A stretch of 40,083 bases of DNA from a bacterium. Its GTDB lineage: Bacteria; Sysuimicrobiota; Sysuimicrobiia; Sysuimicrobiales; Humicultoraceae. The notes beneath the pieces are model-generated. The model saw nothing but the letters and a program-made list of their open reading frames with translations, ran no database searches and was not told where the DNA came from. Every line of letters starts with the position of its first letter. Within the stretch, counting starts at the first letter, position 1. Location of the stretch: contig JBGQGY010000019.1 of assembly GCA_041497675.1 (NCBI GenBank), forward strand, positions 1 through 40,083. Direction: 5' to 3'. The position numbers and the translations under genes were made by a program. Shown piece after piece: positions 36,569-40,083 of the stretch.

Positions 36569-38140
36569 CTACTTCGACAACAGGTACGTCCGAAAGATCG
36601 TCGTCGCGTCCAGCGTAATCCCCTTCACGTTCTTCTGCCCGATCACGTAGGACTGTGCCAGGTTCTGCCAGAGTGGCACCAGGATCGCGCTGTCAGCCAG
36701 TTTCTGCTGCGCCTGCTTGTAGATCGCCGTCCGCGCGTTCACATCGGCCGTCTTCTTCGCGTCACCCAGCAGCTTCTGGAACTCTGCGTAGAACTGCTTG
36801 TCGACATTTCCCGTCGCCTTGTTCAGATAGGTCCCAAGACCCTCCGGGCTCTCTGTCAGCCAGGGCGCGAGGAAGTTGTCCGGGTCGACGTAGTCCGGGA
36901 ACCAGCCGAACATGAACATCCCAAACTGGCCCTTGGCGACCGCCTTGGTGTAGTCGCCCCACTCGGACGACTTCACCTCGACCGTGATCAGACCGGTTTC
37001 CTCCAGTGAGGACTTGAGCACCGCCGCCGCGTCCGCCTCAGTGTTGCCGTAGTGGGTCGGTGTGTACCAGAGCACGACCGACAGTTTGTTGCTCTCGGAG
37101 AAGCCCTGCTCGGTCAGCAGGCTCTTCGCCTTGGCCAGATCGCGCTTGGGGAAGGTGTCGGTGTGGCTCCACATGCCGGGCGGCACCATGCTGTAGAGCG
37201 GCTGGTTCAGACCGCTGAACACGTCGCTGACGATCCGGTCGCGGTTCACCGCGTACGAGACCGCGCTGCGGACCTTGACGTTGTCAAACGGCGCCGTCGG
37301 GACATTGAAGACGATGTAGCGCACCGACGGGAACTGCGCGCTCCGGACGACCTGGAGCTTGTCATTCTTGGACAACCGCTTGATGTCTTCCGGGCTGAAC
37401 GAGCGGTACCCCAGATCGACCTGCCCCGACTCCACCGCGGCCGCAAGCGCCGCCGAGTCGGCGTAGAAGCTGGTAATCACGCGCCGGCTCTTGGGCTTGG
37501 CGCCCCAGTATCCGGGATAGGCTTCGTAGACGATCCGCTGCCCCGGCGTGTACTGCGCCAGCTTGTACGGCCCGGTCCCCGCGTACTGGATCCCCTTGGC
37601 GAAGGCGTTGGCCGGTGTGGTCTTGGGGCTGACGATGACCGAGATCGCGATAGACTCGGAAACGCGCGACATGGTCGTCGCATCCACGTCCTTGAGCGTG
37701 ATGCGCACCGTGGACGGATCGACGGCGTCCACCGACTTGATGTTCTCGATCAGACCCAGCGCGCCGTTGGGGCCCTTGAGCTTGAACGCCCGGTCAAACG
37801 AGAACTTGACCGCCGCCGCATTGAGCGGCGCGCCGTCGGTGAACGTGACGCCCTGGCGCAACTTGAACGTGTACACTTTGCCGTCGCTCGACACGGTCCA
37901 CGACGTCGCCAGTGACGGGGTGATGTCGGTCGTGCCGGGCTTGAAGGCCACGAGCGCCTCGGCCGTATTCCAAAACACGACCCAGGTAAAGTAATCGTAC
38001 GAGTTCGCCGGGTCGAGTGTCGTGATCTTGTCGGTGGTTCCCAGGACGATGGTATCCCTGGGTGTCGCCGCCGGGAGTCCCGTCGGTATAGCGAGCGCCA
38101 GCGCCATGAGAAGCAGCGCGACGACCACGTGCTTGTTCAC
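36569..38140 (-). CDS. peptide/nickel ABC transporter substrate-binding protein (family 5)
   Basis: TLDPA, SLATSW, YTFKLRQGVTFTDG, GTGPYKL, GWFPDYVDP; cleavable-type signal peptide. Confidence 0.92.
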   Translation of the reverse strand: MNKHVVVALLLMALALAIPTGLPAATPRDTIVLGTTDKITTLDPANSYDYFTWVVFWNTAEALVAFKPGTTDITPSLATSWTVSSDGKVYTFKLRQGVTFTDGAPLNAAAVKFSFDRAFKLKGPNGALGLIENIKSVDAVDPSTVRITLKDVDATTMSRVSESIAISVIVSPKTTPANAFAKGIQYAGTGPYKLAQYTPGQRIVYEAYPGYWGAKPKSRRVITSFYADSAALAAAVESGQVDLGYRSFSPEDIKRLSKNDKLQVVRSAQFPSVRYIVFNVPTAPFDNVKVRSAVSYAVNRDRIVSDVFSGLNQPLYSMVPPGMWSHTDTFPKRDLAKAKSLLTEQGFSESNKLSVVLWYTPTHYGNTEADAAAVLKSSLEETGLITVEVKSSEWGDYTKAVAKGQFGMFMFGWFPDYVDPDNFLAPWLTESPEGLGTYLNKATGNVDKQFYAEFQKLLGDAKKTADVNARTAIYKQAQQKLADSAILVPLWQNLAQSYVIGQKNVKGITLDATTIFRTYLLSK

Positions 38141-38184
38141 GCATCCTCACCCCCCATAAAATTGCGGCAATAGAGCCGTCTTCG

Positions 38185-39081
38185 CTATCCGGCCAGCCGG
38201 CGCCTTCTCGGGTTGAGCAGGTCGTTCAGCCCCTCCCCCATCATCCCAAACGCCAGCGACACGACGACGATCACCAGGCCCGGAAAGGTGATCAGCCACC
38301 AGAACCCCGACTGCAGAAACCGCTGGCCGTTCTGAATGTCGAACCCCCAGTCGGGGGTCGGCGGCGGCAGCCCGAGGCCCAGGAATGACAGCGCGGCCTC
38401 GGTGAGGATGGCATCCGCGATGTTGAACGACGGCACGGTCATGACCGCGCTCAGCGTGTTTGGCGCGATGTGACGGATCAGCAGGCGCATCGTCGAACTG
38501 CCGGCCGCCCGCGCCGCTTCAACGAACTCCTGTTCACGGATCACGAGCGCCTGCCCGCGGGCCACGCGATAGTACGTCGGGATGTAGACGAACGAGATGG
38601 CCGCGATCATGTTCAACAACCCCGGGCCGAGCATGGCCACGATGGCCACCGCCAGGATCAAGGCCGGAAACGAATAGATCGCGTCCATGAACAGCGACAG
38701 CACCCGATCGAGCCGTCCTCCGGCAAACCCGGCGGTCCACCCCAGGGTCGTACCGGCCGCCAGCGATGTCGCGCACGAGGTCACCGCCACCAGCAGCGGG
38801 ATGCGCCCACCGTAGATCACGCGGCTGAGCACGTCACGGCGCAGTTGATCGCTACCGAGCAGGTGCCCGCGGCCGGGCGGCAGCAGCCGGTCGCGCGCCG
38901 TAGCCTTGGTCGGATCGTACGGGGCGAACAGCGGCGCGAGGAGCGTGGCTATGATGAACAGCAGCACCACCGCGGCGCCAAGAGAGAGCAGCAGTCTCGG
39001 GCCGCGCAGCGGACGCCAGCGCGCGCGGACCGGCGCCACGGTGGGTTCGTCCAAAAGACTACGGACCTTAGAAGCGCACAC
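38185..39081 (-). CDS. peptide ABC transporter permease (DppC/OppC-like)
   Basis: LLGSDQLRRDVLSRVIYG, EFVEAARAAG, EAALSFLGLG, PDWG; exact start uncertain. Confidence 0.9.
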   Translation of the reverse strand: MCASKVRSLLDEPTVAPVRARWRPLRGPRLLLSLGAAVVLLFIIATLLAPLFAPYDPTKATARDRLLPPGRGHLLGSDQLRRDVLSRVIYGGRIPLLVAVTSCATSLAAGTTLGWTAGFAGGRLDRVLSLFMDAIYSFPALILAVAIVAMLGPGLLNMIAAISFVYIPTYYRVARGQALVIREQEFVEAARAAGSSTMRLLIRHIAPNTLSAVMTVPSFNIADAILTEAALSFLGLGLPPPTPDWGFDIQNGQRFLQSGFWWLITFPGLVIVVVSLAFGMMGEGLNDLLNPRRRRLAG

Positions 39082-40083
39082 GCGGATCCAGGCGGGCGTA
39101 GATGACGTCGACGGCCAGGTTGGCCGCCGAGATGAACAGGGCGATGAACACCACCGTGCCCTGAATGGCCGGGAAATCCCGGTTGTCGATGCTGTCCAAC
39201 AAAAAGCGCGCGATGCCCGGCCACGAATACACCGTCTCGGTCAGGATTGCGCCGCCCATCAGGATCGCAAACTGCAGCCCGACGACAGTCACAATAGGGA
39301 TCAGCGCGTTGCGCAGCGCGTGTTTGCGGACGACCGTGCTCTCAGACAACCCCTTGGCCCGCGCCGCTGTGACGTAGTCACGCACCAGGACTTCGAGCAT
39401 GCTGGTCCGGCTCATCCGGCCGATGAAGCCGGACACGACCAGACCGAGCGTGACTGCCGGGAGGATGAGATGACGCACGGCGTCCAGGAACGTCGCCAGA
39501 TCGCCCTGCAGCAGCGTGTCGAGTAGATAGAACCGCGTAATGGGCTCAAATGCCGCACCCGCCACCGGATCGAGGCGTCCCCCCACCGGCAGCCAGCCCA
39601 GCCGCACCGCAAAAATAGAGATGAACATCAACCCGACCCAGAAGACGGGCATTGCAAACGAGGCGATGTTGAGCAATCTGATCACGTGATCGGCGGCGTG
39701 ATCGCTGTGCGTGGCCGCGTAGATGCCGCTCAGCATCCCAAACGACGTCGCGATCACCATGCCGGTGACGGCGAGTTCAAGGGTGGCGGGGAAGCGCTCG
39801 AGCAACTCGGTGCTCACCGGCAACCCGGAGCGGATCGATTCGCCAAAGTCGCCGCGCAGAATGCTGGCCACGTAGGCGGTGTATTGCACGTAGATAGGTC
39901 GGTCCACGCCCAGGGCTTTGCGGCAGTTGTCGATCTGCTCGGGGCCAACGTTGCGGCCGCCCAGCATGGCCAGACACGGGTCCCCGGGGATCACCCGAAG
40001 GATGAGGAAGACGATCGTGAGCAGGATCAGGAGCATCGGCACGGTCAACGCGAGCCGTGCCAGGATGTACCGTCCTACGCCCA
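39068..40083 (-). CDS. peptide ABC transporter permease (DppB/OppB-like), start codon cut at window edge
   Basis: Frame open to the edge (xTG GGC GTA GGA CGG TAC ATC...); PGDP, GDFGES, ARAKGL, HALRNA, ETVYSWPG, LDPR. Confidence 0.92.
   Translation of the reverse strand, partial: GVGRYILARLALTVPMLLILLTIVFLILRVIPGDPCLAMLGGRNVGPEQIDNCRKALGVDRPIYVQYTAYVASILRGDFGESIRSGLPVSTELLERFPATLELAVTGMVIATSFGMLSGIYAATHSDHAADHVIRLLNIASFAMPVFWVGLMFISIFAVRLGWLPVGGRLDPVAGAAFEPITRFYLLDTLLQGDLATFLDAVRHLILPAVTLGLVVSGFIGRMSRTSMLEVLVRDYVTAARAKGLSESTVVRKHALRNALIPIVTVVGLQFAILMGGAILTETVYSWPGIARFLLDSIDNRDFPAIQGTVVFIALFISAANLAVDVIYARLDPRVRF

Overview
GC-rich bacterial chromosomal window using the standard genetic code; taxon not determinable from sequence alone. 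It holds one tRNA-Glu(CTC) and about 35 CDSs: a methyltransferase / GT2-PIG-L fusion / EamA operon, an atypical orphan CDS, murT-gatD-MFS, a CNNM/CorC protein, a LysM-NlpC/P60 hydrolase, lemA-htpX, an amidase, a DUF151 nuclease, a NodB deacetylase, a Zn/Cd P1B ATPase, a two-domain multicopper oxidase / ZIP / MntR-type operon, a DUF1028-ankyrin fusion, a hybrid histidine kinase, an oxidative pentose phosphate operon, an HxlR / yceI / catE-like locus and part of a peptide ABC transporter. No mobile element or CRISPR array was seen. The most striking signal is missed by the ORF track: the peroxiredoxin-like gene ending at 25599 extends upstream through an in-frame TGA (26445-26447) in a W-U-P-Y-C redox motif, followed by a bacterial SECIS-like hairpin. 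This points to a selenoprotein fused to a DsbD-N-like dithiol domain. Second is the multicopper oxidase + ZIP operon, with a near-consensus promoter followed by two tandem DtxR/MntR-type palindromes.
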